A stretch of 64,000 bases of DNA, from the NCBI GenBank assembly GCA_964584335.1, contig CAZOZN010000001.1, positions 293,351-357,350 on the forward strand, written 5' to 3'. The translations under genes were made by a program, and so were the position numbers. The DNA comes from an uncultured archaeon (lineage in GTDB: Archaea; Aenigmatarchaeota; Aenigmatarchaeia; PWEA01; JAGHBM01). Within the stretch, counting starts at the first letter, position 1; each line of letters opens with the position of its first letter. Under the pieces are notes generated by a model. That model saw nothing but the letters and a program-made list of their open reading frames with translations. It ran no database searches and was not told the DNA's origin. Below, in pieces: positions 8,278-17,230 of this stretch.

Positions 8278-9467
8278 TTTAACTGCCTCTTTATTTCATC
8301 CTTTAGAAATACATGCAACCAATCCCTTATGGAAAGCAACGAGGGCAGGAAGAATATTGATAAAATCATTGCATAGAAAATTCCAAGGCTTAGCGCTATC
8401 CCCATGTCTGAAAGAAACGGAATTCCTGAAAGAGTGAGCGCCAGAAAAGAAGCTATTGTAGTTATCGCCGTCCCGACTATGGCTCTTCCTACCCTGTCTA
8501 CAGCAACACCGTAACATATGAAGCATGTCTTCATACATCCGTCATAATCCCCTTCTATGCAAATCTTTCTTGAATCGTCTCTCCTCCTGCTTCTCTCTTC
8601 GTTATAACGGTTTATTATATGTATGGCATAATCTATCCCAATGCCCACGATAAGAGAGCCTACAACAACCGTGACTATAGAAAGCGGAACTCCTATAATA
8701 ACCATTGTACCCGCAGTCCAGATAAATGCAAGGAAGAGTATTGATATAGAGAAAATTCCTCTTAGAATTGAACGGTAAGATATCATAAGAGTTAGAAATA
8801 TCAAAACTCCCGCTATTGCAAGAGTTTTATACAAATCATCAAATATCAAATCAGAAACTATTTTGCCTATTAAAGGGCCTCCTGTAACCGAGAGAGAAAC
8901 GCTCCCAGGAAAACCTATGCTTTCTACCTCATTTTCTATCTCTTCTACCACTTCTTCTATTTCCTCAAGCTCTATTTTTCCGTTTAGTCTCACTGTAACT
9001 ATAGTGGTGCTATAGTCACTGCTAAAAAGCCCGGAATCGCCGTTAAAAATATTTTTTATATCCTCCTGGTTTTCAGGTATCCCTCCGGTTCTTAATAGAA
9101 GTATGTCGGGAGGGCCAAAAACTTCATTCACGTTGGGGTCCTTTCTCAGAAGCTCTTCCATCAGATTTAAGTCTTTCATGACTTCAGAATTTCTTATATC
9201 TGTTATTTTACTTTCAAAAGATTTTTCCGTGTTAAGCTCTACCAGTATGAATATGTTATCTGTCTCTGAAAAAACCTCTGCCAAGAAATTCTGGTTTTCA
9301 AGTGCTGGAAGATCCTGGGGAAGTGACTTATAGAAGTCTGTCTCTACATCTATTTTTACAGCGTTAAGACCCATAAAAAGGGTTATTATTATTGCAACAG
9401 AAAGAATAGTCTCGGGGTGTTTTGCGGCAAATTCCCCATATTTCTGAAGGAGAGTTTTCTCGGGCAT
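8274..9467 (-). CDS. RND/MMPL-superfamily exporter, N-terminal half
   Basis: Same topology as the neighbouring gene, with GIGIDYAIHIINRY motif. It is a paralogous half. Confidence 0.7.
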   Translation of the reverse strand: MPEKTLLQKYGEFAAKHPETILSVAIIITLFMGLNAVKIDVETDFYKSLPQDLPALENQNFLAEVFSETDNIFILVELNTEKSFESKITDIRNSEVMKDLNLMEELLRKDPNVNEVFGPPDILLLRTGGIPENQEDIKNIFNGDSGLFSSDYSTTIVTVRLNGKIELEEIEEVVEEIENEVESIGFPGSVSLSVTGGPLIGKIVSDLIFDDLYKTLAIAGVLIFLTLMISYRSILRGIFSISILFLAFIWTAGTMVIIGVPLSIVTVVVGSLIVGIGIDYAIHIINRYNEERSRRRDDSRKICIEGDYDGCMKTCFICYGVAVDRVGRAIVGTAITTIASFLALTLSGIPFLSDMGIALSLGIFYAMILSIFFLPSLLSIRDWLHVFLKDEIKRQLK

Positions 9468-9479
9468 AAAACCACGAAT

Positions 9480-10796
9480 TTATTCTTCGATAACTCTCTC
9501 CTTTTTTTGGTTGATTCTCTTAAATAAAATACCCTTCTTCCATATGTAGAGACCTACTATTATCAATATAGATATTATTATTACCGTTATCACAGAATTA
9601 TTTACTCTTTCTCTTACAACATCCAATTGTATTGTTTCAGTCTCGGTATAAACCTCGCCATCATCCAAATACCTTATTTCCAAGTCTAGGAAATACTTCT
9701 TAAGTACTGCATCCTCATCTACTGTAAAATCAAAAACAACCTCTCCTGTTTGGTTTTCCTTGAGATTTCCTATAAAATCGTATACTTCCTCGAATTCAAA
9801 AGGCTGGGTGGATTCTCTAAAAACTTTTACGCTAACACTGTTAGCTTCTTCCTCTCCATCATTTTTTACCATTATTCTTATTTCTCCGGAATCTCCCTGT
9901 GAAAGACTCGAAGGATTTACGACTGTTTCTCCTCTTACGATGTAACCAGTGAAAGAATCAGATGAAGTTCCGGTTCCTGCCCTGACTTCTTCTACATTGA
10001 GAATTGGTGATTTTTTTACATTTATTTCCAAGTCAATTTCCTGGCTAACATATTCTTCCCATTGGTTATTGTCATACTTGTATCTTACCACCAGCTTCGC
10101 TTTGTGTATACCGGGCTCGGTTTCTTTATCCACATCCATATAGAAAACCGCGCTTTTTGAGGAGTCTTTGCCAAAATTTCCCAGAGAATATGAATCAGAA
10201 TAGCTGTCACTAGGCTCAAATCCTTCAGGCAAAATCAACTTAGTGCTTACCAAATCTGCATCTCCTTCTCCAACATTCTGTATTTCAACATCCATTTTTA
10301 CCTCTTCCATCCCGGATTTTATATCTTCAGGAAAAGATTTTATTCTGCTTACGGCGAATTCTGGGTTTTTTGATTCTACGTCTACAGTTATTTTTTTCGT
10401 TACGTATGTATTATCTTCCAATCCATCTGTATCGCAGATTAATTTAAGTTCATTTTCTCCCCTGACAGCATTAGAATCGATTCTTACCTTATATTCAAGA
10501 AGAAAATCTTCTCTGTAGCCTAACTTGCCTATTTCCCTTACCGGGTCTTCGTTCGGATCAAGTGAGAAAGGGTATTCAGGATTTAACTTACAAACCACGT
10601 TTTCTGCATCTATTACTCCCTGATTTTCAACTTTTAAGAAAAGCTTCATATATTTACCGGCTTCCGCAGGAAAGGGTTCGTATTTCATTTCTATTATTCT
10701 CAAGCTTGGTAAATTGGTATCCGCAACAGCAAAAGAATAAGAAAAAAAGCTGGTTATAAATAAAGAAATCATAAATACAAAAATATATTTTTTCAT
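9480..10796 (-). CDS. secreted CARDB/S-layer-domain-like protein with C-terminal TM anchor
   Basis: N-terminal signal-like segment. Repeated beta-rich modules of the type V.V.N.G...A..V. C-terminal TM VITVIIISILIIVGLYIW plus a basic tail. Confidence 0.6.
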   Translation of the reverse strand: MKKYIFVFMISLFITSFFSYSFAVADTNLPSLRIIEMKYEPFPAEAGKYMKLFLKVENQGVIDAENVVCKLNPEYPFSLDPNEDPVREIGKLGYREDFLLEYKVRIDSNAVRGENELKLICDTDGLEDNTYVTKKITVDVESKNPEFAVSRIKSFPEDIKSGMEEVKMDVEIQNVGEGDADLVSTKLILPEGFEPSDSYSDSYSLGNFGKDSSKSAVFYMDVDKETEPGIHKAKLVVRYKYDNNQWEEYVSQEIDLEINVKKSPILNVEEVRAGTGTSSDSFTGYIVRGETVVNPSSLSQGDSGEIRIMVKNDGEEEANSVSVKVFRESTQPFEFEEVYDFIGNLKENQTGEVVFDFTVDEDAVLKKYFLDLEIRYLDDGEVYTETETIQLDVVRERVNNSVITVIIISILIIVGLYIWKKGILFKRINQKKERVIEE

Positions 10797-10854
10797 TCTA
10801 ACACCCTTGGTTATAATAATAAGATACCAAAAGGATTTAAGTTAGTTAGAGAAA

Positions 10855-11745
10855 TTATAAGAATCCTTCTTCTTTTAATATTTTCTTTGCCTTTAGAGCA
10901 CTTTTCTCTTTGTCCTTTATCTCCATCATGAGGTCAAAATCTATTCCTTTTACTTTCCTGACAAATTCAACAAAATGTTTCCCGTCTATACTTTTTGAAT
11001 GGCTTCCTCTTCTTCCGTTAGTCTGCTGACTGGAATAATCAACCATCATTTTCCCGTCTTTTTTATTCCAAGTTCCAGATGCTAATTTCATAGCCGAAGC
11101 CAATTTTTCATTATTGTTAAGACATTCATGATGGAATGTATCGAAAACCACCGGTATTTTTATCTTTTTACTTACTTCAAGACAGTCTCTGAGGCTGTAT
11201 ATGTGATCGTCATTTTCTATCACAAGTCTTTTCTTGATTTTTTTGCTCAGTCTCTCGTAACGGTCGACAAATCTTTCCTTTGACCTTTTTTTATCACCGT
11301 ACATGCCTCCCAAATGAATCTGTACCTTGGCTTTGCTGTCAAGAGACATAGCGTCCAAAAGACTGCAGTGATAATCTAATTCCTTTACACTCGATTTGTA
11401 TACGCTTCTTCTTGGAGAATTCAATACAACAAACTGGTCTGGGTGCATGCTTATCCTGAACTTGTATTTTTTAATAAACTTGCCTATACTTCTTAGCTCC
11501 TGAGAAAAATGAGATTCCCAATTAAATTTACATATTTTATGAGATGCAAAAGGAACTATACCGGAACCTATCCTAAAGAAAAAAAATCCGTGCTGTTGGT
11601 TGTATACAAGAGTTTTTTCAAGACAACCGAGATTTTCTCTTATTTTGTATTTTAACCTGTTCTCATTATAGGACCTTAACCTTAGAGTTCTGTTTGATGT
11701 ACATCCTACAGTATTGTTTATACATGGATATCCTAATTTCATCAA
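10855..11745 (-). CDS. uvdE: UV damage endonuclease (UvdE/UVDE family)
   Basis: MKLGYPCIN...NRTLRL N-terminus and TIM-barrel His/Asp/Glu pattern (MHPDQF, IHLGG, VIENDD, FDTFHH). Confidence 0.85.
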   Translation of the reverse strand: MMKLGYPCINNTVGCTSNRTLRLRSYNENRLKYKIRENLGCLEKTLVYNQQHGFFFFRIGSGIVPFASHKICKFNWESHFSQELRSIGKFIKKYKFRISMHPDQFVVLNSPRRSVYKSSVKELDYHCSLLDAMSLDSKAKVQIHLGGMYGDKKRSKERFVDRYERLSKKIKKRLVIENDDHIYSLRDCLEVSKKIKIPVVFDTFHHECLNNNEKLASAMKLASGTWNKKDGKMMVDYSSQQTNGRRGSHSKSIDGKHFVEFVRKVKGIDFDLMMEIKDKEKSALKAKKILKEEGFL

Positions 11746-11751
11746 ATCTCC

Positions 11752-12111
11752 TCAAAATTCACATTCCTCACAATCCAAGCCGGGACAGTCAGAATGTCCT
11801 ATTTTCCACTCTAATCCCCATCTCTTAACTTCTTTTATCACATTAAAAAAGTCTTCACCCTTCTCAGTTAATGTGTACTCTGATTTTACGGGAAACTTTT
11901 TAGCCTCTATCTTATTTTTTATTATGCCTTCTTTCTCAAGGCTTTTTAATCTAGCAGAAAGCATTTTAGGAGTTATATCAGGTATCTTCTTTTTTAACTC
12001 GGAATATCTTTTCCATTTGCTTTTCCCCTTGTATATCTCTGCTATTATTAAAACGGTCCATCTTTTCCCCATGTATTTCATTACCTCGTAAATAGGACAA
12101 TCTCTTTTCAT
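11752..12111 (-). CDS. HxlR-family winged-helix transcriptional regulator with Cys-rich C-terminal tail
   Basis: CPIYEVMKYMGKRWTVLII...RYSELKK...ITPKMLSARLKSLEKEGII...EYTLTEKG. Extra tail HSDCPGLDCEECEF. Divergent from the peroxiredoxin operon. Confidence 0.8.
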   Translation of the reverse strand: MKRDCPIYEVMKYMGKRWTVLIIAEIYKGKSKWKRYSELKKKIPDITPKMLSARLKSLEKEGIIKNKIEAKKFPVKSEYTLTEKGEDFFNVIKEVKRWGLEWKIGHSDCPGLDCEECEF

Positions 12112-12187
12112 ACTATACTTTTTGAAACTCTATTATATAAATATAATTATGATACTAAGTATAATAAAGATACTAAAGGTGATAAAA

Positions 12188-12256
12188 ATGTTTTTTTCAG
12201 GTAAAAACTTTTATAAGCAAGATAAACTTATAATAGGATTACGGGGGGTGTTTTAA
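12188..12256 (+). CDS. 22-codon upstream ORF (possible leader peptide) ending in TAATG overlap with the peroxiredoxin start
   Basis: Own translation: [33 protein letters not shown] 5 nt upstream, the same consensus as bona fide genes here. Its stop shares one base with the prx ATG. Confidence 0.3.
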   Translation: MFFSGKNFYKQDKLIIGLRGVF

Positions 12257-12921
12257 TGGAAGAAGAAAAAAATTCTATGCCTTTAATAGGTGACGATTTT
12301 CCCAAGATTACTGTTCATACCACTCACGGGAGAATAAATTTACCCGATGATTACAAAGGCAAGTGGTTCGTTTTGTTCAGTCATCCTGGTGATTTTACGC
12401 CTGTATGCACTACTGAATTCGTGGCTTTTCAGAAAAGATTTGACAAGTTCAAAAAGCTAAACACAGAACTGATAGGTCTTAGCATAGACCAGGTTCACAG
12501 CCACATGAAATGGACCGAATGGATAGAAGAAAAGATGGATGTAAAAATAAAGTTTCCCATAATAGCAGATGCTATGGGTAACTTAGCAAAAAAACTTGGC
12601 ATGATAAGCCCATTTAAGGGTTCTAATACTGTCAGGGCAGTTTTTGTAGTAGACTCTAACGGCAAGTTTCGTGCCATATTGTATTATCCCCAGGAACTGG
12701 GAAGAAACATGGATGAAGTGCTAAGGATAGTACAGGCAATGCAAATTTCAGACGAAAATAAAGTTGCAATGCCGGCAAACTGGCCCAAAAATGAAATATT
12801 GGGCGACGAGGTAATAGTACCGCCTGCTTCTGATGAGGAAACCGCTAAAAAGAGGATGGAAGAAGACAAGAAAGGAAGTATAAAATGTTTTGATTGGTGG
12901 TTGTGCCACAAAAAACTTTAA
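12256..12921 (+). CDS. peroxiredoxin (archaeal Prx6-like thiol peroxidase)
   Basis: [11 protein letters not shown] peroxidatic Cys motif. C-terminal CFDWWLCHK Cys pair typical of archaeal Prx. Confidence 0.9.
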   Translation: MEEEKNSMPLIGDDFPKITVHTTHGRINLPDDYKGKWFVLFSHPGDFTPVCTTEFVAFQKRFDKFKKLNTELIGLSIDQVHSHMKWTEWIEEKMDVKIKFPIIADAMGNLAKKLGMISPFKGSNTVRAVFVVDSNGKFRAILYYPQELGRNMDEVLRIVQAMQISDENKVAMPANWPKNEILGDEVIVPPASDEETAKKRMEEDKKGSIKCFDWWLCHKKL

Positions 12922-12939
12922 AATTAAGGGGTGAAAAAA

Positions 12940-13227
12940 ATGCTTTCAAAGATACCTATAGACTTGAAAAACATAAAAAAAGAGGACTTAGACAAGGAAA
13001 TACTAAGAGCCGGTATAATAGCAGAATATGATGCTATAAACCTCTACGAGCAGATGGCAGCTCTTGCACAGGACGAAAACATAAAAAAAGTTATGTTGGA
13101 TGTCGCCAAGGAAGAAAAGGAGCATGTAGGTGAATTTCAGACACTTCTCCTAAAAAGAGATAAAGAGCTTGGAGAAGAAATGGAAGAAGGAAAAGAAGAG
13201 GTAGAAGAATTAACAGGAGGTGAATAA
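12940..13227 (+). CDS. small ferritin-like (EncFtn/rubrerythrin-related) protein
   Basis: ~95 aa two-helix protein with [13 protein letters not shown] ... EEKEHVGEF (ExxH metal-ligand pattern). Start moved to the ATG behind AAGGGGTGA. Confidence 0.6.
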   Translation: MLSKIPIDLKNIKKEDLDKEILRAGIIAEYDAINLYEQMAALAQDENIKKVMLDVAKEEKEHVGEFQTLLLKRDKELGEEMEEGKEEVEELTGGE

Positions 13228-13813
13228 TCTGGAGGAAACAATAAAAAATCTGACAAAAGCCTTTATAGGCGAAAGCCAGGCCAGAAACAGATACACAATA
13301 TATTCAAAAATAGCGAAAAAAGAAGGATTTGAACAGATATCTGCAGTTTTTAACGAGACCGCGGAACAGGAAAGAGAGCATGCCAAATGGCTTTTTAGGA
13401 TGATAAATGACTTAAAGAAAAAGAGCGATAAGGAATGGAATCCTGTGGAAGTTACTGCAGACTCTCCCAACACGTTTGGCTGCACATCAGAAAATCTTAA
13501 AGCAGCCATAGACGGCGAGAACTATGAGCACACTGAAATGTATCCCGAGTTTGCAGACACAGCTGAAAAAGAAGGTTTTCCAGAAATAGCTAAAAGACTT
13601 CGCTCAATAGCCAAAGCTGAAAGCCATCACGAGCAGAGATATGCAAAGCTTTTAAAGGAAGTAGAAAACGATACTGTTTTCAAGAAAGAGAAAAAAATCT
13701 ATTGGGTATGTAGAAAATGTGGATATATACACGAAGGAGAGGAACCGCCTGAAACTTGTCCTTCTTGCAGTCACCCAAAAGCATATTTCCAAAGACAGTG
13801 TGAAGAATACTAA
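13220..13813 (+). CDS. rbr: rubrerythrin
   Basis: [39 protein letters not shown] diiron helices plus C-terminal WVCRKCG..(11)..CPSC rubredoxin-like domain. No ATG at the 5' end, so a GTG or CTG start and the exact start is uncertain. Confidence 0.9.
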   Translation: MNNLEETIKNLTKAFIGESQARNRYTIYSKIAKKEGFEQISAVFNETAEQEREHAKWLFRMINDLKKKSDKEWNPVEVTADSPNTFGCTSENLKAAIDGENYEHTEMYPEFADTAEKEGFPEIAKRLRSIAKAESHHEQRYAKLLKEVENDTVFKKEKKIYWVCRKCGYIHEGEEPPETCPSCSHPKAYFQRQCEEY

Positions 13814-13825
13814 CTGGGGGATAAA

Positions 13826-14383
13826 TTGAAAGACAGCAAACAAAAAATGCAGGTCGTTCTTGCGACCTCTTTTCTTTTTTTTATTATATTTATAATAATG
13901 ATATTAGGAGGTTTTTTAGACATGAAGGGAATAGTTACAATGGAAACCAATATGGGAACAATGAAGTTCCAATTGGAAATGGAGAAGGCACCGGTCACTA
14001 GCCAGAACTTCATAAAACTTGCAGAAGACGGTTTTTACGACGGACTAAAGTTCCACAGAGTTATAGAGGGTTTTATGATACAGGGAGGTTGTCCAAATGG
14101 TGATGGTACAGGAGGGCCTGGTTATTATATTGAGGACGAATTTCATGAAGAACTAAAACATGACAGTATAGGTATTTTGTCTATGGCCAACAGCGGACCC
14201 GACACCGGAGGCAGCCAGTTTTTCATAACTCTGGATAAGACACCGTGGCTTAACGGAAAACACGCAATATTTGGTCATATTATTGAAGGCAAAGATGTTT
14301 TAAAGAAAATAGGCTCAGTTGAAACTGACTCAACGGACAGACCCATGGAAGATGTTATAATAAAAAAAGTTACTGTTGTGTAA
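13826..14383 (+). CDS. cyclophilin-type peptidyl-prolyl isomerase with N-terminal membrane anchor
   Basis: [43 protein letters not shown]-terminal [19 protein letters not shown] hydrophobic segment. Start (TTG 13826 or ATG 13847) is uncertain. Confidence 0.9.
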   Translation: MKDSKQKMQVVLATSFLFFIIFIIMILGGFLDMKGIVTMETNMGTMKFQLEMEKAPVTSQNFIKLAEDGFYDGLKFHRVIEGFMIQGGCPNGDGTGGPGYYIEDEFHEELKHDSIGILSMANSGPDTGGSQFFITLDKTPWLNGKHAIFGHIIEGKDVLKKIGSVETDSTDRPMEDVIIKKVTVV

Positions 14384-14414
14384 CTGGTCAATATATTTTA
14401 TGGAGGTGGAAAAA

Positions 14415-14792
14415 ATGACTGAATTAAGGCAAGTTTACAGATGCAACATATGCGGCAACATAGTGGAAGTGCTTCATGAGGGCATCGGAGAGCTAGTTTG
14501 CTGTGGCAAACCTATGGAATTGTTAAAACCAAAGAAAGAGGACCAAGGAAGTGAAAAGCATGTTCCTGTAATAGATAAATCAGAAGATGCAGTAAGGGTA
14601 AAGGTAGGTGAAGTTCCTCACCCAATGGAAGAAAATCATTTCATAGAATGGATAGAAATTATAGCCGATGGAAAGGTTTATAGAGAGAGATTAGAACCTG
14701 GAGAAGAGCCTGATGCTGTGTTTTACCTAAAGGCCGAAAACGTCAGAGCCAGAATTTATTGTAACGTGCATGGTTTTTGGGAATCCAAGTAA
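14415..14792 (+). CDS. dfx: desulfoferrodoxin (2Fe superoxide reductase)
   Basis: N-terminal desulforedoxin-like [20 protein letters not shown] and C-terminal SOR domain (EKHVPV...[12 protein letters not shown]...CNVHGFW). GGAGGTGG SD before the ATG at 14415. Confidence 0.85.
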   Translation: MTELRQVYRCNICGNIVEVLHEGIGELVCCGKPMELLKPKKEDQGSEKHVPVIDKSEDAVRVKVGEVPHPMEENHFIEWIEIIADGKVYRERLEPGEEPDAVFYLKAENVRARIYCNVHGFWESK

Positions 14793-14838
14793 GACAGAAA
14801 AGATTTATAGAATTAATTACATATTTATTCAGGTATGC

Positions 14839-15144
14839 ATGGTTCTGTTAGAAGTTATGCTAAATTTTTTTAGAAAGCGTTTTACAACGAAGTACCCAAA
14901 ATCAGAACCCAAACTTCCAAAGAATTTCAGAGGACCTGTAAAGTGGAATAAAAAAACTTGTATATTTTGTGGTGCATGCGCGAGAAATTGTCCAGCCTAT
15001 GCTATAAAAATAGATAAAGAAAAAAAGGAATTGGTTGTGGACCCTTACAAATGCATATCCTGCGGTATCTGTCAGGAAAAATGTCCGACCAAACCAAAGT
15101 CTATCTACCTGACGGAAAAACTTCACGTAAGCAAATCTGAGTGA
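14839..15144 (+). CDS. 2x[4Fe-4S] ferredoxin-domain protein
   Basis: Two CxxCxxCxxxCP motifs (CIFCGACARNCP, CISCGICQEKCP). The N-terminal TKYP..FRG segment resembles NuoI/HycF-type subunits. Confidence 0.75.
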   Translation: MVLLEVMLNFFRKRFTTKYPKSEPKLPKNFRGPVKWNKKTCIFCGACARNCPAYAIKIDKEKKELVVDPYKCISCGICQEKCPTKPKSIYLTEKLHVSKSE

Positions 15145-15599
15145 TTCAAATGTTACATGAGAAATCGGCAGGAGCTGTTATTTTCAAGAAGGAAAACAAT
15201 AAAATTAATTATCTTTTCTTGGAATACGAACACAAATCAGAGTACCTGGGTTTTCCCAGAGGAGGTATAGAGGATGGGGAAAGTGAAAAACAGGCTGCAG
15301 AAAGAGAAGTAAAAGAAGAGACGGGATTGGATGTGGAATTTATAGACGGATTCAAGGAAACTGTGCACTGGTTTTACAGAAGAGACGGGGAAACAGTTAG
15401 CAAGAGGTTGGTTCTTTTTCTTGCCGAAGCAAAATCCGATAGGGTTCTAATATCAAGTGAGCATGTGGGTTACAAATGGATGACTTTCGAGAAGGCTATA
15501 GATGCATTAAGTTTTGAAAACTCAAGAAAAGTACTTAGAAAGGCACAGGATTTTCTTTTCAATATAGAAAGAAATAGCTTGAGAAGGTTTTCAAAATGA
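15141..15599 (+). CDS. NUDIX hydrolase
   Basis: Nudix box GFPRGGIEDGESEKQAAEREVKEETGL. Confidence 0.8.
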   Translation: MIQMLHEKSAGAVIFKKENNKINYLFLEYEHKSEYLGFPRGGIEDGESEKQAAEREVKEETGLDVEFIDGFKETVHWFYRRDGETVSKRLVLFLAEAKSDRVLISSEHVGYKWMTFEKAIDALSFENSRKVLRKAQDFLFNIERNSLRRFSK

Positions 15600-16042
15600 A
15601 TTTAATAAAAGATTTCGTAAGAGACTTGACTTCTCTGGGAAGCCTTCCTATAATATTAATCATTATAACAGGCTTTTACTTAATCGGTAGGAACCACTTG
15701 GCAAAAGGATTGATTATCTCTATCCTGGTATCGCAATTTTTGATTTATATTATAAGAATAGTTTATTTTAGGCCAAGGCCGGGGAATAAAAAAAGGAAAT
15801 ATAAAAATATTTACGAGAGGCTTGATGAGTCCTCTTTTCCCAGTATACATGCGTCAAGAGCAGGCATAATACCTATGATAATTTCACAGAACCTTGGAAC
15901 TTATCCAACATATTTCTTATGGGTATTGGGACTTGGCATATGTTTTTCCAGGCTGTACCTTAAAAGGCACCACCCCACAGATGTATTTGTTGGTTTTATT
16001 CTAGGTGTTTGTATTTCTTACATAATTTTAACGGTGATATAG
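15596..16042 (+). CDS. PAP2-family membrane phosphatase
   Basis: The three PAP2 motifs: YFRPRP, SFPSIH, SRLYLKRHHPTD. Polytopic membrane protein. Confidence 0.8.
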   Translation: MNLIKDFVRDLTSLGSLPIILIIITGFYLIGRNHLAKGLIISILVSQFLIYIIRIVYFRPRPGNKKRKYKNIYERLDESSFPSIHASRAGIIPMIISQNLGTYPTYFLWVLGLGICFSRLYLKRHHPTDVFVGFILGVCISYIILTVI

Positions 16043-16417
16043 ATGCCCATATTTGTTGTTCAAAAACATTATTCAAGAAGATTACACTACGATTTTAGGC
16101 TAGAGATGAACGGTGTTCTGAAAAGCTGGGCAGTTCCCAAAGGAGTTCCGACAAAAGAAGGAGTAAAAAGACTTGCAGTAATGGTCGATGACCATGACAT
16201 AGAATATGCCGATTTTGAGGGTGAAATAAAGGAGGGTTACGGTAAAGGAAAAGTCGAGATTTGGGATAAAGGAACTTATGAAACAGAGAGCAACAAACAA
16301 AACAAAATAGTATTCACATTAAAAGGTAAAAAATTGAAAGGAAGATACACTATATTAAAATTTGAAAAGGCAGGAGAAAACAACTGGCTCCTTTTCAAAT
16401 CCAGAGAAAAGAATTAG
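16043..16417 (+). CDS. stand-alone LigD-type 3'-phosphoesterase (PE) domain protein
   Basis: FVVQKHYSRRLHYDFRLEMNGVLKSWAVPKGVP...DHDIEYADFEG signature of the LigD PE domain. Confidence 0.75.
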   Translation: MPIFVVQKHYSRRLHYDFRLEMNGVLKSWAVPKGVPTKEGVKRLAVMVDDHDIEYADFEGEIKEGYGKGKVEIWDKGTYETESNKQNKIVFTLKGKKLKGRYTILKFEKAGENNWLLFKSREKN

Positions 16418-16770
16418 TATTTTAAATCAACTCCACCTGCTCTGGTGTTTGCATGCTTGCCTTTGGTTTTCTCAACGGGGAATCTTTTTTCATACTCCTT
16501 CATTACCTTTTTTATAGCATCTTCGGAATCTATATCGCAAAGATAAGCTATTTTCATTATTATGTATATTACATCACCAACGAAATCTTCAGCTTCTTCC
16601 TTATTTTCTTTTATCAGTTCCATTTGTTTATCCTCAGGAATCCACTTTATTATATTCCAAAATTCTCCTATCTCTTCGTTAATATTGAGAAGCAAATCCT
16701 TTATAGAGCGCGGCTTGCTCCAGTCCCTCTCATCATTGAATTTCTTTATATTTTCTTGAATTTTCTTCAA
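16414..16770 (-). CDS. MazG-like nucleotide pyrophosphohydrolase domain protein
   Basis: All-alpha ~118 aa with EEIGEF...EDFVGDVIYIIM EExxE/D-type motifs. Confidence 0.7.
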   Translation of the reverse strand: MKKIQENIKKFNDERDWSKPRSIKDLLLNINEEIGEFWNIIKWIPEDKQMELIKENKEEAEDFVGDVIYIIMKIAYLCDIDSEDAIKKVMKEYEKRFPVEKTKGKHANTRAGGVDLKY

Positions 16771-16774
16771 AAAA

Positions 16775-17200
16775 TCACACCTCCATTATATCTAAAATTT
16801 TTCTAACCGCCTTTTCCGAAGCATCCAAGATATGCCTGGTAGGCTTATCACCAAAAGATATGTTCTTCGGCTGAACAGCCAGAAAATAAACTTCACTTGC
16901 ACCCAAACTATCTATTATTACAGAAAGAGGCATCTTGTGCGTGCTTGTAGCATTTCTTGATATGTCACTCGTTTCAATCATTTCTATCACACCTGCTTCT
17001 TTGCCCAAAAAAGCAGTATCGATAACAAAAAGCTTGCTAATTTTATTCTTGATTTTACCTACGAAGTTTTCCGGATTGCTTCCTGACCAGAAAACTATAT
17101 TTTTTTTATCCGGTATTTTATCCTTTAATTTCTTGACAACAATAGGACCGAAAGCATCATCACCCATCATCTCATTTCCAATTCCCATTACAAGCATCAT
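16775..17200 (-). CDS. hydrogenase maturation endopeptidase (HycI/FrhD/HybD family)
   Basis: GIGNEMMGDDAFGP, SNPENF, VIDTAFLGKEAGVI, STHKMPL, the family pattern with Asp/His metal ligands. Confidence 0.7.
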   Translation of the reverse strand: MMLVMGIGNEMMGDDAFGPIVVKKLKDKIPDKKNIVFWSGSNPENFVGKIKNKISKLFVIDTAFLGKEAGVIEMIETSDISRNATSTHKMPLSVIIDSLGASEVYFLAVQPKNISFGDKPTRHILDASEKAVRKILDIMEV

Positions 17201-17230
17201 GTATTTAAATTATCTTGGTAAAATAAAAAC

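Noticed and set aside
7168-9467. Possibility that the two RND/MMPL ORFs are a frameshifted pseudogene
   Set aside because: The junction is a clean ATGA stop-start overlap, as at many other operon junctions here. Each ORF is a complete half (1+5 TM with loop domain) and has its own N-terminal sequence.
14376-14414. Upstream start ([13 protein letters not shown]) for desulfoferrodoxin
   Set aside because: It overlaps the PPIase 3' end. The GGAGGTGG SD sits at 14402-14409, directly before the ATG at 14415, which yields the canonical Dfx N-terminus.
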